From NCBI GenBank assembly GCA_965204115.1, contig OZ241963.1:532622-596621 (forward strand): a DNA stretch of 64,000 nucleotides, read 5' to 3'. Source of the DNA: Minisyncoccota bacterium (GTDB lineage Bacteria; Patescibacteriota; Minisyncoccia; Phycocordibacterales; JABAAK01). The position numbers were made by a program, and so were the translations under genes. Below, in pieces: positions 10,231 to 20,865 of this stretch (position 1 is its first letter; each line of letters opens with the position of its first letter). The notes under the pieces were generated by a model. The model did not search any database and had not been told where the DNA came from. It saw only the letters and a list, made by a program, of their open reading frames with translations.

Positions 10231-10572
10231 ATGACAAGATCAGTTAAAAAAGGTCCTTTTGTGGACGCAAAATTACTGAAGAAAATCGCCGGCAAAAAGC
10301 CGGAGGATGTTGGTGTTGTCAGGACTTGGGCGCGGCGGAGTCAAATATCTCCCGAGATGATCGGGTTTACTTTCGGTGTGCATAACGGGAAGGTTCACAG
10401 TGAAGTGTTTATCACAGAGGAAATGGTCGGTCATTGCCTCGGTGAGTTTGCGCCGTCAAAGCGATTTGTTCGGCATGGCGGCAGGATACAGAAAGATGCG
10501 GATGAGGCGAAGCGAAGCGCGGAGATAGAGGCAGCAAAGTCGGCGCGGGCAGAACCGGCCGCGGCTGCATAA
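10231..10572 (+). CDS. rpsS: 30S ribosomal protein S19 with a C-terminal extension of about 20 aa (Ala/Glu-rich)
   Basis: [12 protein letters not shown]...[18 protein letters not shown]. Confidence 0.95.
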   Translation: MTRSVKKGPFVDAKLLKKIAGKKPEDVGVVRTWARRSQISPEMIGFTFGVHNGKVHSEVFITEEMVGHCLGEFAPSKRFVRHGGRIQKDADEAKRSAEIEAAKSARAEPAAAA

Positions 10573-10591
10573 TAGTATTACTTTTAAGCGT

Positions 10592-10912
10592 ATGAAAGCA
10601 ACTCTCAAAAATTTCAGACAGTCGCCCAGAAAGGTTCGCCTTGTTGCGCGTGCGCTGCGTGGTAAGCCGGCACAGCAGGCACTGGGGATGTTGCATATGG
10701 TTGACAAAAAGGTTTCCGACCCGATGCGCAAGCTTATTCTTTCTGCGGTGCATAATGCGCAACAGGCGGGAAAGCAGGACGCTGATCAGCTGGTGATCGG
10801 CGATGTCCGTGTTGACCAAGGGATGCTTTTGAAACGATGGCGACCGCGGGCGTTCGGTCGGGCGACACCGATTCGGCGGCGATCCAGCACTATACATATA
10901 GAATTACAATAG
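10592..10912 (+). CDS. rplV: 50S ribosomal protein L22
   Basis: Position in operon; SPRKVRLVARALRGK motif. Confidence 0.9.
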   Translation: MKATLKNFRQSPRKVRLVARALRGKPAQQALGMLHMVDKKVSDPMRKLILSAVHNAQQAGKQDADQLVIGDVRVDQGMLLKRWRPRAFGRATPIRRRSSTIHIELQ

Positions 10913-10915
10913 CGT

Positions 10916-11587
10916 ATGACACACTCTTCACATCCTTATGGCTTTCGATTAGGTATTACCCGGGACTGGCGTACCCAGTGGTTTGCCGCTGATCGTAAAA
11001 AGTATCAGGCACTATTGCGGGAGGATTACTATATCCGCACTTTTCTTGAAAAGGAGCTGAGCAACAAGATGGTTAGTAGTATTTTGTTTGAGCGCGAGCG
11101 GGATACTCTGGTGATCACTATCAAGACCGCGCGGCCGGGGCTGATTATCGGGCGGGAAGGTGCCGGTATTGAGGAGCTGATACAGCGTGTGAAGCAGTTT
11201 GCCCGTAAACGAGGGTTGAACGATTTAATAAAAATACGGGTTGAGGAGGTGCGTTATGCCGAGCAGGATGCCACATTGGTTGCTGAATCAATTGTTGAGT
11301 CGTTGAAGCGGCACATGCACCCGAGACGGCTGATCAAGCATACCGTTGAGAAAGTGATGGCGAATCGAAATGTTCGCGGATGTCGGATTACCATAGCGGG
11401 TCGGCTTGGCGGTGCTGATATTGCCCGCAGTGAGGAGGTGAAGAAGGGTAACATACCGCTGCAGACCCTGCGCGCTGATATTGACTATGCGCAAAAAGAG
11501 GTTCCTCTTTCGTACGGCACGCTCGGTATTAAGGTTTGGATATATAAGGGAGATATTGAGCAGGATAATCAAGAAGAAAGAAAATAG
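10916..11587 (+). CDS. rpsC: 30S ribosomal protein S3
   Basis: KH domain plus S3 C-terminal domain (ARPGLIIGREGAGIE). Confidence 0.95.
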   Translation: MTHSSHPYGFRLGITRDWRTQWFAADRKKYQALLREDYYIRTFLEKELSNKMVSSILFERERDTLVITIKTARPGLIIGREGAGIEELIQRVKQFARKRGLNDLIKIRVEEVRYAEQDATLVAESIVESLKRHMHPRRLIKHTVEKVMANRNVRGCRITIAGRLGGADIARSEEVKKGNIPLQTLRADIDYAQKEVPLSYGTLGIKVWIYKGDIEQDNQEERK

Positions 11588-11588
11588 T

Positions 11589-12005
11589 ATGTTGTTTCCT
11601 AAGAAAGTAAAATATCGTCGATTTCAGCGAATGCGCAGTATTCTCGGGAAGAGGAATGCTGTTCGTGGCGCTGCGGTTAATTTTGGCACCTATGGCATGA
11701 AAGCAATGTCTCAAAAGCGAATTCGTTCCAATCAAATAGAGGCGGCGCGAAAAGTTATTGCCCGCACACTCGGTAAGACCGGGCGAGTATGGATTCGTGT
11801 TTTTCCTGACCGACCATGGACGCAGAAGGCGGCGGAAACAGGTATGGGGAAAGGCAAGGGCGATCCGCAAGGGTTTGAAGTTGAAGTTCTTCCGGGTCGG
11901 GTTTTGTTTGAAGTATCCGGTGTGGAAGAGGATGTGGCGCGGAGTGCTATTGTGAAAGCAGGAAAAAAACTGCCGTTGAAGATAAGGTTTGTCGCTAAGG
12001 TGTAG
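11589..12005 (+). CDS. rplP: 50S ribosomal protein L16
   Basis: MLFPKKVKYRRFQRMR canonical L16 N-terminus; start at the internal ATG (ORF track 11481). Confidence 0.95.
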   Translation: MLFPKKVKYRRFQRMRSILGKRNAVRGAAVNFGTYGMKAMSQKRIRSNQIEAARKVIARTLGKTGRVWIRVFPDRPWTQKAAETGMGKGKGDPQGFEVEVLPGRVLFEVSGVEEDVARSAIVKAGKKLPLKIRFVAKV

Positions 12006-12040
12006 GTTTGTTGTGGCAGGCGGTTTGTATAAAAAGGAAT

Positions 12041-12073
12041 GTGCGGCTTTGTGGTGATTTTCCAAAGCCGCAC
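12041..12073. terminator. Bidirectional intrinsic terminator between rplP (+) and the convergent antisense gene
   Basis: Perfect 11-bp stem GTGCGGCTTTG/CAAAGCCGCAC with an 11-nt loop. T-rich on the plus side (CTTGTGTTATTTGG) and ATTCCTTTTTATAC when read on the minus strand. Confidence 0.5.
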
Positions 12074-12079
12074 CTTGTG

Positions 12080-12688
12080 TTATTTGGATCTGGGTAGTCC
12101 AATGTAGCTCAGCAGATTTGCTGCGTTCCTGAAGACATCTTCCGGCAAGGACGCTTTGTTGTTCAGTGCCTGTCTTCTGATTTCTCCAATTGTTTGCAGT
12201 CGGTCCGCTCGATGGTTATGCAGATGCACTGCGACGGATAGTGTGTGCCAGTCTTTGCCCTGCGGATGACTGTTGATTTTGTCAATGGCCTGCTGCCACC
12301 TCCTGAGTTTCTGGTCATTGCTGAGGCGGTGCAGGTATTGGTTCATGATCTGCTCATCTGTCAGCGCTATGCGTTCTCGACATTCTTCACCATAGTGGTT
12401 CCTTGTCGCTTTGGATACTGTGTCTTCTACTCCTGTTATTCTCGCAACCTCAAAAATTCTTATTGCGTTTGCCGCATGCAGTATGATATCGCTGGATGCG
12501 CCGCTGATGTCGTCCTGTTTGAATTTGAACAGGTCGGTTTCGCAGATCTGCTCTACCAAGTAACATTTCTTGGTAAGATATGGGAAACCGGGTACCTCCG
12601 CGCATTCCGATCGTATGATTTCCAGCAGGCATGCTATCTCGTAACTTCCGAATACTCCCGATAGGGAGTTTATATTTGCCAGTTTCAA
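12080..12688 (-). CDS. Hypothetical 202-aa protein on the opposite strand inside the ribosomal-protein operon, TTG start
   Basis: Long ORF with start TTG at 12688 and GGAGG 13 nt upstream. Own downstream terminator. GC content slightly lower than neighbours. No confident domain; a possible R..H HEPN-like motif is speculative. Confidence 0.55.
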   Translation of the reverse strand: MKLANINSLSGVFGSYEIACLLEIIRSECAEVPGFPYLTKKCYLVEQICETDLFKFKQDDISGASSDIILHAANAIRIFEVARITGVEDTVSKATRNHYGEECRERIALTDEQIMNQYLHRLSNDQKLRRWQQAIDKINSHPQGKDWHTLSVAVHLHNHRADRLQTIGEIRRQALNNKASLPEDVFRNAANLLSYIGLPRSK

Positions 12689-12822
12689 TGTTATGCGAGC
12701 CTCCTTAAGTGTAGAAAGTGCTCAATGTTGATTGAGTCCTTGTCAATTGTACCATAGGCGCTGATTTATAGGAATAGGGCTGGGTAGATATTTGCGGTCT
12801 TGGTGTGGTAGTATGGTGGTAT

Positions 12823-13080
12823 ATGGCGAAAAAGGAAGCTGTAAAAAAAGTGAAGGGCGGTGGCGCGAAGAAAAAGGCGTCCGGTGCGTCGGTGAAAAAG
12901 GTGAGCAAGGAGGATTTGGTTGGGCAGATGCGGAAGTATAAGAGGGAGATGCAGGAGGTGCGGTTTGGACTCTCCAAGGAGGCGCAAAAGGGTGGTTCAC
13001 GGAAAAATTTGCGAAAGCAGGCGGCTCAAGCGGCGGTGCAGTTGACCAAACTGCGGAAAAGTGGTGCTGTGCGCCCGTGA
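12823..13080 (+). CDS. rpmC: 50S ribosomal protein L29 with a Lys-rich N-terminal extension
   Basis: Operon position between L16 and S17; small basic helical protein; start at MAKKE. Confidence 0.8.
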   Translation: MAKKEAVKKVKGGGAKKKASGASVKKVSKEDLVGQMRKYKREMQEVRFGLSKEAQKGGSRKNLRKQAAQAAVQLTKLRKSGAVRP

Positions 13081-13136
13081 TTGTGGGTGTCGCACAAAAG
13101 CAGTATTTGTGTCATACTATATATACCTATTTTTAT

Positions 13137-13385
13137 ATGGAAGAGAAAAAGAGTAAAAAAACACTCCGTGGGACTGTGGTTTCAGTGAAGATGCAGGACA
13201 CCGTTGTGGTGGCGGTTGATCGGTATGTGAAGCATCCCCTCTATGGCAAGTATCGTCGGAAAACGAAACGGTATAAGGTGCACTGTCCGGGGAACACCGC
13301 TGCGGTGGGTGAGCAGGTGACGATAGAGTCGTGCCGTCCTGTTTCCAAGGAAAAGCATTTTCAGATACTCCCTCAAAGCGTATGA
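13137..13385 (+). CDS. rpsQ: 30S ribosomal protein S17
   Basis: LRGTVVSVKMQDTVVVAVDRYVKHPLYGKY, S17 OB fold. Confidence 0.9.
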   Translation: MEEKKSKKTLRGTVVSVKMQDTVVVAVDRYVKHPLYGKYRRKTKRYKVHCPGNTAAVGEQVTIESCRPVSKEKHFQILPQSV

Positions 13386-13753
13386 TACAACCACAAACTG
13401 TCGTAAAAGTAACTGATAACTCAGGCGCGAAAATCGCGCGGGTGTTTAAGGTGCTGAAGGGAAGTAAGCGGCGGTATGCCCATATCGGTGATGAGGTTGT
13501 GTGCGCGGTGCAGATTGCGGAGCCGCGGAAAGAGGTGAAGAAGAAGCAGGTGGTGCATGCGGTGGTGGTGCGGCAGAAGAAGCCGTTTCGTCGGGAGGAC
13601 GGCTCGTATGTTTCTTTTAGTGAGAATGCGGTGGTAGTGGTGGATAGTAAAAAGAAAGAGCCGCTGTCAACGCGTATTTTTGGTCCGGTGCCGCGCGAGC
13701 TTGAAAAGGCAGGGTATGGCAGGATAACTTCTATGGCGCCGGAGGTGGTGTAA
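13382..13753 (+). CDS. rplN: 50S ribosomal protein L14
   Basis: MIQPQTVVKVTDNSGAK canonical L14 start; ATGA overlap with rpsQ. Confidence 0.95.
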   Translation: MIQPQTVVKVTDNSGAKIARVFKVLKGSKRRYAHIGDEVVCAVQIAEPRKEVKKKQVVHAVVVRQKKPFRREDGSYVSFSENAVVVVDSKKKEPLSTRIFGPVPRELEKAGYGRITSMAPEVV

Positions 13754-13766
13754 TACAATATAGTAT

Positions 13767-14120
13767 ATGAAAATACATATCGGAGACACAGTAACTGTAT
13801 GCAAAGGTACCGACCGCGGTAAAGAGGGGGCGGTTTTGCGTGTGCTGCGGGAGCGCGGGAAGGTGGTGGTTGCCGGTGTGAATGTTCGCACCCTGCATAA
13901 GAAGCCGAAGACCACGGAAGAGAAGGGGAGTATTGAGAAGCAGGAAATGCCGATTGATTGTTCTAATGTGATGGTGGTTGATCCGTCAGACAAGAAGCGG
14001 ACGCGGGTTGGGTATACCGGTTCAGGGCGGGAGAAGAAGCGTATTGCCAAGCGCACCGGGACTGTGCTGAAAAATACCCCTAAGAAAAAGAAGAAAAGTG
14101 CTACACCAGAAAAAGCATAA
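13767..14120 (+). CDS. rplX: 50S ribosomal protein L24 with a Lys-rich C-terminal tail
   Basis: MKIHIGDTVTVCKGTDRGKEG, KOW motif. Confidence 0.9.
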   Translation: MKIHIGDTVTVCKGTDRGKEGAVLRVLRERGKVVVAGVNVRTLHKKPKTTEEKGSIEKQEMPIDCSNVMVVDPSDKKRTRVGYTGSGREKKRIAKRTGTVLKNTPKKKKKSATPEKA

Positions 14121-14122
14121 CT

Positions 14123-14671
14123 ATGACTATAACAGAGACAAAAATTAGCGGGGCGTTTGAGGCATTAAAATCTTCATTTCAGTGGAAGAATGCCTTTCAG
14201 GCACCGCAGGTGGAAAAGATTGTTATTTCAACCGGCACCGGGCGGGTGCGGAAGGAGAAGCAGCGGCTGGAGCTGATACAGGATCGGCTGGCGAAAATTA
14301 CCGGGCAGAAGGTTGTTCCCCGAAAGTCAAAGAAGTCCATTGCGTCGTTTAAGCTGCGGGATGGTGAAGATGTCGGATTTATGACTACCCTGCGCGGTAA
14401 GAAGATGCATGCTTTCCTGGATAAGTTGATTAATGTGGCTGTCCCCCGTATGCGTGACTTTCGCGGTATACCGGAGACTTCGGTTGATGAGATGGGTAAC
14501 CTGACTATCGGTGTTCCGGAACATACCATTTTTCCGGAGACCCCGGATGAAAACCTGCAGGATATTTTCGGGATGTCGGTAACCATTGTGACTACTGCGC
14601 GAAAAAAAGACGAAGCGCTGGCATTTTTGCGCCATATCGGCATACCTTTTACTATTGATGAGGAGGAGTAG
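14123..14671 (+). CDS. rplE: 50S ribosomal protein L5
   Basis: L5 N- and C-terminal domains (GMSVTIVTTA). Last ribosomal-protein gene before the operon breaks. Confidence 0.95.
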   Translation: MTITETKISGAFEALKSSFQWKNAFQAPQVEKIVISTGTGRVRKEKQRLELIQDRLAKITGQKVVPRKSKKSIASFKLRDGEDVGFMTTLRGKKMHAFLDKLINVAVPRMRDFRGIPETSVDEMGNLTIGVPEHTIFPETPDENLQDIFGMSVTIVTTARKKDEALAFLRHIGIPFTIDEEE

Positions 14672-14782
14672 GGTTTGTAGACCTGCAGCCTGCCATATTT
14701 TTGATTTTGTCCACAGTTTCCACAGGGGTTATGGTGGTGACGGATTTGTGGAGGTCGGAGGTGCGTGTATACTGGTTGTGTT

Positions 14783-15883
14783 ATGAATGACATCGTGTTG
14801 CCGTCGGGGTATCATTTTGGATCGGTCTCTCCGTCTGCTGCGACTGGCGGTGATGATCCCGCTGCCGACCGTACCGTCGCTGTTGCCGTTGATGATGAGC
14901 CATTGTTGGCGGAGAATAAGGATCGGTTTGTGCTGTTTCCGATTGAGCATAATGATATTTGGGAATTTTATCGGAACGGTGTGGCGAATTTTTGGGTGCC
15001 GGAGGAGGTGAATTTTTCTGATGACATCAGCCACTGGCGTGATCGGCTGAATGATGATGAGCGGCACTTTGTTAAGCATGTTTTGGCATTTTTTGCGGCG
15101 TCTGATGGGATTGTGAATGAGAACCTGGCGGAGGATTTTCTGGAGCGGGTGCAGTACACGGAGGCGAAGTTTTTTTACGGGTTTCAGATTGCGGTTGAGA
15201 ACATTCATTCACACACCTACTCACTCTTTATTGACACTTATATTCAGGATCGAGCGGAGCAGGATCATCTGTTGCACGCAGTTGAAACGGTGCCGTCGGT
15301 GAAGAAGAAGGCGGACTGGGCGCTGCGGTGGATTGAACAGGGGAGTTTTGTGGAGCGGTTGGTGGCGTTTGCGGTTGTGGAAGGGATTTTCTTTTCCGGG
15401 AGTTTTTGCTCTATCTTTTGGTTGAAGCACCGAGGGCTGATGCCGGGGCTTTCGTTCGCGAATCAGCTGATTTCACGAGATGAAGGACTGCATCGAGATT
15501 TTGCCTGCCTCCTGTATCGTGACCACATCGTGCAGAAGCTGCCGCAGGAAAAACTGACGGCTATGATACAGGAGGCGGTGGATCTTGAGAAGGAGTTTAT
15601 CACCGAATCGCTGCCGGTGCGGCTGATCGGGATGAATGCTGACAAGATGTCGCAATACATTGAGTATGTGACAGATCACCTGTTGGTGGAGATGGGGCTG
15701 GAGAAACTGTACGGTGCGACTAATCCGTTTGATTTTATGGACATGATTTCGTTGGAAGGGAAGACAAACTTTTTTGAGCGGCGGGTTTCTGAGTACCAAA
15801 AAGCAGGTGTGGCAACCGGCGATGAGCAGGGCGGCGGTGCCGGCACCGATCATCGGGAGTTTGACCTGGATCAGGATTTTTAG
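14783..15883 (+). CDS. nrdB: Ribonucleotide reductase small subunit (class Ia R2, eukaryote-like)
   Basis: [11 protein letters not shown] (radical Tyr) and [15 protein letters not shown] iron-ligand motifs. C-terminal FDLDQDF R1-binding tail. Confidence 0.9.
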   Translation: MNDIVLPSGYHFGSVSPSAATGGDDPAADRTVAVAVDDEPLLAENKDRFVLFPIEHNDIWEFYRNGVANFWVPEEVNFSDDISHWRDRLNDDERHFVKHVLAFFAASDGIVNENLAEDFLERVQYTEAKFFYGFQIAVENIHSHTYSLFIDTYIQDRAEQDHLLHAVETVPSVKKKADWALRWIEQGSFVERLVAFAVVEGIFFSGSFCSIFWLKHRGLMPGLSFANQLISRDEGLHRDFACLLYRDHIVQKLPQEKLTAMIQEAVDLEKEFITESLPVRLIGMNADKMSQYIEYVTDHLLVEMGLEKLYGATNPFDFMDMISLEGKTNFFERRVSEYQKAGVATGDEQGGGAGTDHREFDLDQDF

Positions 15884-16034
15884 GATGTGTTGCAGCTGCG
15901 ATGGATTTGCCGTAATTTGTTTTTATCATATTTTTTTATTTTGTAAAGTTTCCACAGATTTTGTTTTGTGATTGTGTAGAGTGCTGTTTTTGGCGTGGCG
16001 TGGGTGTGTATACTACGGGTGTTTGTTTGTCCAT

Positions 16035-18491
16035 ATGATGTATGTCCTTAAAAGAAGTGGAGAGCGAGAAGAGGTTCGGTTTGATGCTATCTTGGAGAGG
16101 ATTTCTTCTCTGATGGATGGTTTAGATACACGGTTTGTTGACCCCGCGGAGATTACGCAGCGGGTGGTTGATGGATTGTATGACGGTATTAAGACGACTG
16201 AGCTGGACGAGCTGGCGGCGACGGTGTGTGCCTCATTGGCGACGGTGCATTTTGACTTTGCGCGGTTGGCGGCGCGGATTGCTATCTCTAATTTACACAA
16301 GGAGACAGAGGCGTCTTTTACCGAGACAGTGAAGCGTCTGCATGCGTATATTGAGCCGCGGACCGGGCTGCACGCGCCGTTTGTGTCTGATGAACTGCTT
16401 AATCTGGTTACGCTGTATGGAGAGAAGATAGACGCGGCGATTGATCATAATCGGGACTATGAAATGTTTGATTACTTCGGTGTTAAGACCTTGGGGAAGG
16501 GGTACTTGATGTCGTTCGGCAGCACGCCGATTGAGCGGCCGCAGCACTTGTTTATGCGGGTTGCGCTCGGGATACATGGTGATGATCTGGATGCTGCGTT
16601 TGAGACCTACAATCACTTGTCCCTGAAGGACTTTACGCATGCAACGCCGACACTGTTTAACGCGGGGACGCCGTTGCCGCAGATGAGTTCGTGTTTTTTG
16701 ATGGCGATGTCGGATGACAGTATTCAGGGGATTTATAAAACACTTTCTGATGCGGCGTTGATTTCACAGCATGCGGGCGGTTTGGGCATCAATATTCATA
16801 ACATTCGGGCGAAAGGGAGTTTCATCGCAGGGTCGCGAGGATACTCTAACGGACTGGTGCCGATGTTGCGGAATTTTAATGAGACGGCGCGGTATGTTGA
16901 TCAGGGCGGCGGTAAGCGGAAGGGGGCGTTTTGTATTTACCTTGAGCCGTGGCACGCGGATGTGAAGGATTTTCTTGATTTGCGGAAGAATCATGGGGCG
17001 GAGGAGATGCGGACACGGGATTTGTTTTTGGCGTTGTGGATCCCTGATTTGTTTATGCGGCGTGTTGAGTCGGATGGCGACTGGACGCTGATGTGTCCGA
17101 AGGAGTGTCCGGAGCTCTACACCTCTCACGGGGAGGTGTTTGAGACGCTGTATCAGCAGTATGAGCGGGAGGGGCGCGGAAGGGAGACGATGAAGGCGCG
17201 GGATTTGTGGAGTCAGATTATTGATTCACAGATTGAGACCGGAACACCGTTTATGTTGTACAAGGATTCGGCGAATCGCAAGTCCAATCAGAAGAATTTG
17301 GGGACGATCCGCAGCAGTAATTTGTGTACCGAAATTATTCAGTATTCTGATGACAGGGAGACGGCAGTGTGTAATTTGGCTTCTATTTGTGTGAATAAGT
17401 TTGTGCGGGAGGATGGATCGTATGATTTTGAGCGGCTGCACGCTGTGGCGAAGGTGGTATGTCGTAATTTGAATAAGATTATTGACCGGAATTTTTATGT
17501 GGTGCCGGAGTCGTCGCATTCTAATTTTCGGCATCGCCCTATCGGTATTGGGGTGCAGGGGCTTGCCGACACCTTCGCACTTTTGCGATACTCGTTTGAT
17601 GAGCCGCGCGCGCGGGAGTTGAACAAAAATATTTTTGAAACGATTTATCATGGGGCGGTTGAGGCATCTATTGAGTTGGCGAAACAGAATGGAGCGTATG
17701 AAACTTTTAAGGGTTCGCCCGCGTCTGAGGGGAAGTTTCAGTTTGATCTGTGGGGGGTAATTCCTGATTCCGGGTTGTGGGACTGGGAGGCGACCCGCAA
17801 GGAGATGGTTGCGCACGGCTTGCGAAACTCGCTCTTTTTGGCGCCGATGCCGACGGCGACAACAGCGCAGATATTCAGTAACAATGAGTCGGTGGAGCCG
17901 TTCACCTCCAACCTGTATGTGCGGCGGGTTTTGTCCGGGGAGTTTATTGTGATTAATAAGCATCTGCTGCGGGATTTGCAGGAGTTGGGAATTTGGAATG
18001 AGGATATGCGGCAGCGATTGATCGCGTCACGGGGGTCGGTGCAGGGGATTGCGGAGATTCCTGTTGAGGTGCGGCAGCGATACCGCACGGTGTGGGAGAT
18101 ACCGCAGCGGCATATCGTTGACATGGCTGCTGATCGGGGTCCGTATATTTGTCAAAGTATGAGTTTGAATATTCATATGCGGGATGCGACTGCGGGGAAG
18201 TTGACTGCGCTGCATTTTCACACCTGGAAGCGGGGACTCAAAACGGGGATGTACTACTTGCGCAACACGCCGGCGGTTGAAGCAGTGCAATTTACCGTTG
18301 ACAAGACGAAGGTGGGTGACGGCGTGCCACAGCAAAAAGCGGGTACTGCTGATTCGCCTGCCGCAACGCCACCATCACCACCAGCCCCCGCTCCGGATCA
18401 GGTGAAAAAGGAGGCGGTTGCTCCGGTGACTGTTTCTACGCCTTCCGGGATTGATGAGGATGAAAATAAGTGCTTTTCCTGCGATAGTTGA
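16035..18491 (+). CDS. nrdA: Ribonucleotide reductase large subunit (class I R1)
   Basis: ATP-cone N-terminus ([17 protein letters not shown]). Catalytic region SNLCTEI. C-terminal Cys pair ...CFSCDS. Confidence 0.92.
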   Translation: MMYVLKRSGEREEVRFDAILERISSLMDGLDTRFVDPAEITQRVVDGLYDGIKTTELDELAATVCASLATVHFDFARLAARIAISNLHKETEASFTETVKRLHAYIEPRTGLHAPFVSDELLNLVTLYGEKIDAAIDHNRDYEMFDYFGVKTLGKGYLMSFGSTPIERPQHLFMRVALGIHGDDLDAAFETYNHLSLKDFTHATPTLFNAGTPLPQMSSCFLMAMSDDSIQGIYKTLSDAALISQHAGGLGINIHNIRAKGSFIAGSRGYSNGLVPMLRNFNETARYVDQGGGKRKGAFCIYLEPWHADVKDFLDLRKNHGAEEMRTRDLFLALWIPDLFMRRVESDGDWTLMCPKECPELYTSHGEVFETLYQQYEREGRGRETMKARDLWSQIIDSQIETGTPFMLYKDSANRKSNQKNLGTIRSSNLCTEIIQYSDDRETAVCNLASICVNKFVREDGSYDFERLHAVAKVVCRNLNKIIDRNFYVVPESSHSNFRHRPIGIGVQGLADTFALLRYSFDEPRARELNKNIFETIYHGAVEASIELAKQNGAYETFKGSPASEGKFQFDLWGVIPDSGLWDWEATRKEMVAHGLRNSLFLAPMPTATTAQIFSNNESVEPFTSNLYVRRVLSGEFIVINKHLLRDLQELGIWNEDMRQRLIASRGSVQGIAEIPVEVRQRYRTVWEIPQRHIVDMAADRGPYICQSMSLNIHMRDATAGKLTALHFHTWKRGLKTGMYYLRNTPAVEAVQFTVDKTKVGDGVPQQKAGTADSPAATPPSPPAPAPDQVKKEAVAPVTVSTPSGIDEDENKCFSCDS

Positions 18492-18643
18492 CCTGTTTTA
18501 TCGGTCTATACACATACGGCTGAGTCCAGCATTTTTAATGGTAGTATAGGAGTGTAGGGTATTACCCAATGCTCTACAGTAGTTTTTTACGAGAGGCGGT
18601 TCTGGTGCTTTATGGTGTAGGCACCAAGGGTATTCCGTCTCAG

Positions 18644-18673
18644 CAAAAGAGAGCTCCCCCCGAGCTCTCTTTT
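18644..18673. terminator. Bidirectional intrinsic terminator between convergent nrdA and recG
   Basis: Perfect 13-bp palindromic stem CAAAAGAGAGCTC-cccc-GAGCTCTCTTTTG with T-runs on both sides. Confidence 0.5.
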
Positions 18674-18714
18674 GCGTTGCTGTAGAGTCAACAAATTGGT
18701 CAAGTGGTTTTTTC

Positions 18715-20865
18715 TTACTCCTGGTGAATTTTCTTATAGGTGAGGTACTGTTTGAGCGGGTGGTGGTGTTTTTTCTTGAGTGTCGGGTCTGCTCTGAGCG
18801 TTTCGGCGGCCTCTTGCCGTGCGAGGGCGGTGAGTTTCGGATTTTTGAGCGCTTCCATCACCAGGTCCGGGATGCCGGATTGGCGGATGCCGGCGAGTTC
18901 GCCGCTGCCGCGGGCGTCAAGGTCTTTCTGGGCGAGGGTGAAGCCGTTGTGGACGCTTGCGAAGGTTTTGAGACGGTGCAGCGTCTGTTCATTTTTACTG
19001 TCGGTGACGGCATAGCAGTAGGGCTGGTGCTCACTGCGTATGACCCTGCCGCGGATTTGGTGCAGCTGAGCAAGTCCGAAGCGTTCAGCGTGCAGGATGG
19101 TGATGATGGTGGCGTTGGGGACGTTCATCCCGACTTCCACGACCGTGGTGCAGACGAGGATGTTGATGTCGCCGCTGCTGAACCGTTCCATCACTTTCTG
19201 TTTTTCATTCGGTTTCATTCTGCCGTGAAGGATGCCGCTCTCAAGGTCGGGAAAGATGCTTTCTGTGAGGTGTTTGTATTCTTCTTCCACTGAGCGTAGG
19301 GGAGATTCTTCGTCCTCATGAACGCGAGGGCAGAGGACGTATGCCTGGTGTCCTTTATCAACCTCTTCCCGGATATGGTCGTATGCTTTTTGCATTTTTT
19401 TTGTGGTGATGAGCTCTGTTTTAACCGGCTTGCGTCCTTTCGGCATTTCTTCAATGATGCTGATGTCCAGGTCGCCGTAGATGGTGAGTGCGAGGGTGCG
19501 TGGTATGGGGGTGGCGGTCATGGAGAGGAGGTGGGGGGTGTGCGTGTCGGTTGCGTTGGTGAGTTTTTGGCGTTGGGCGATGCCGAAGCGATGCTGTTCG
19601 TCTATGATGACGAGGGCGAGGCGTTTGAATTGTATATCTTTCTGTATGATCGCATGGGTGCCGACGATGATGGCGATTTCGCCGGACGCGATCCATTTTT
19701 TAAGCTGTGTTTTTGATACCTTTGCCGGTTCGTTGGGGTTTACCTTTGACGGGTACCTCAGGCACTCTTTGCCGCTGATGAAGCCGATTTTTAGCGGAAG
19801 GTGGCTGAAGAGTTGTATGAGTGCTTCGAATTGCTGTTTGGCAAGGACTTCAGTGGGAGCAAGGTAGGCACACTGCGGCTTGCCGCTTGTTTTTTCTTCA
19901 GGGGTTGCTGCTACAACGCCGTGCATCACCGCTGCCGCGACCGCTGTTTTTCCGGAGCCGACATCGCCCTCCAATAGGCGGGACATCGGTTGGTTGCTGT
20001 GAATGTCTTTGAGGATTTCCGTGACCGCGCTCTTTTGGTCTTTGGTAGGTGTGAAGGCGAAGCGATTTTTCATAAAGTCATCGGTTTTTTGTGTGTCTAC
20101 GGAGAGGTTGTATGCCTGTGCCGTGAGGCGGGTGTTTTTTGCTGTCTGTTGCGTGATCTGCAGTGCGAAGGTTTGCTCAAATGAGAAGCGTTTTTTTGCG
20201 GCTTCGTACTCATTTTGTGTTGTTGGCTTGTGCATGTAGATGAGCGCATCGTAGCGGTTGGGGAGGTTGAGGCGGGTGCGGGTGTCTTTAGGTATCGGAT
20301 CGTCTATAGCTTTGATGTCGTCTTCTGCGAGGATTTTTTCTATTGTTGTGCGGAGCCAAAGGGAGGATATACCCTTTGTCTCAGGGTAGATGGCGATGAG
20401 CTCTTTGCGGATATCTGTGTCTGTGTCGCTGTTGTCGGTAAAAATATTTTCCGGCTGTTTTGAGGAGTGTTTGATGACTGGGTTGGTGAGATACGGTTTT
20501 TTCTCTCCGGATATTTTGCCGACCACTTCCACAATGTCCCCCTGGTGGTACTGTTTCGCGATGTAGGGCTGGTTAAACCACACGGCGCGAATTTTTTCAC
20601 CGTCGGCGTGGAGTGTCGCTTCAGCTATCATCACCCTTCTTTTGCCCCCGGTTCGACGCATACTGATTTTTTCTATAGTGCCGATAAGGGCCATTTTTTT
20701 TCCTTTTTCCAGGGTGCCGGTGAATTCTTGTGCCGCATCGGTATAGCGGTTGGGGAAGTGGTAGAGCAGATCGTGGACGGTCTCTATATTGAGTTTTTTG
20801 AGGGCGGTTTGGTGGGGTTTTTTGATGAATGGGAGGTGGTCAGTGAGCGGGTCTGTTGCTTGCAT
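18715..20865 (-). CDS. recG: ATP-dependent DNA helicase RecG
   Basis: N-terminal wedge/OB domain. SF2 helicase motifs EGDVGSGKTAVA, VIIDEQHRFG and SMTATPIPRT. Confidence 0.9.
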   Translation of the reverse strand: MQATDPLTDHLPFIKKPHQTALKKLNIETVHDLLYHFPNRYTDAAQEFTGTLEKGKKMALIGTIEKISMRRTGGKRRVMIAEATLHADGEKIRAVWFNQPYIAKQYHQGDIVEVVGKISGEKKPYLTNPVIKHSSKQPENIFTDNSDTDTDIRKELIAIYPETKGISSLWLRTTIEKILAEDDIKAIDDPIPKDTRTRLNLPNRYDALIYMHKPTTQNEYEAAKKRFSFEQTFALQITQQTAKNTRLTAQAYNLSVDTQKTDDFMKNRFAFTPTKDQKSAVTEILKDIHSNQPMSRLLEGDVGSGKTAVAAAVMHGVVAATPEEKTSGKPQCAYLAPTEVLAKQQFEALIQLFSHLPLKIGFISGKECLRYPSKVNPNEPAKVSKTQLKKWIASGEIAIIVGTHAIIQKDIQFKRLALVIIDEQHRFGIAQRQKLTNATDTHTPHLLSMTATPIPRTLALTIYGDLDISIIEEMPKGRKPVKTELITTKKMQKAYDHIREEVDKGHQAYVLCPRVHEDEESPLRSVEEEYKHLTESIFPDLESGILHGRMKPNEKQKVMERFSSGDINILVCTTVVEVGMNVPNATIITILHAERFGLAQLHQIRGRVIRSEHQPYCYAVTDSKNEQTLHRLKTFASVHNGFTLAQKDLDARGSGELAGIRQSGIPDLVMEALKNPKLTALARQEAAETLRADPTLKKKHHHPLKQYLTYKKIHQE

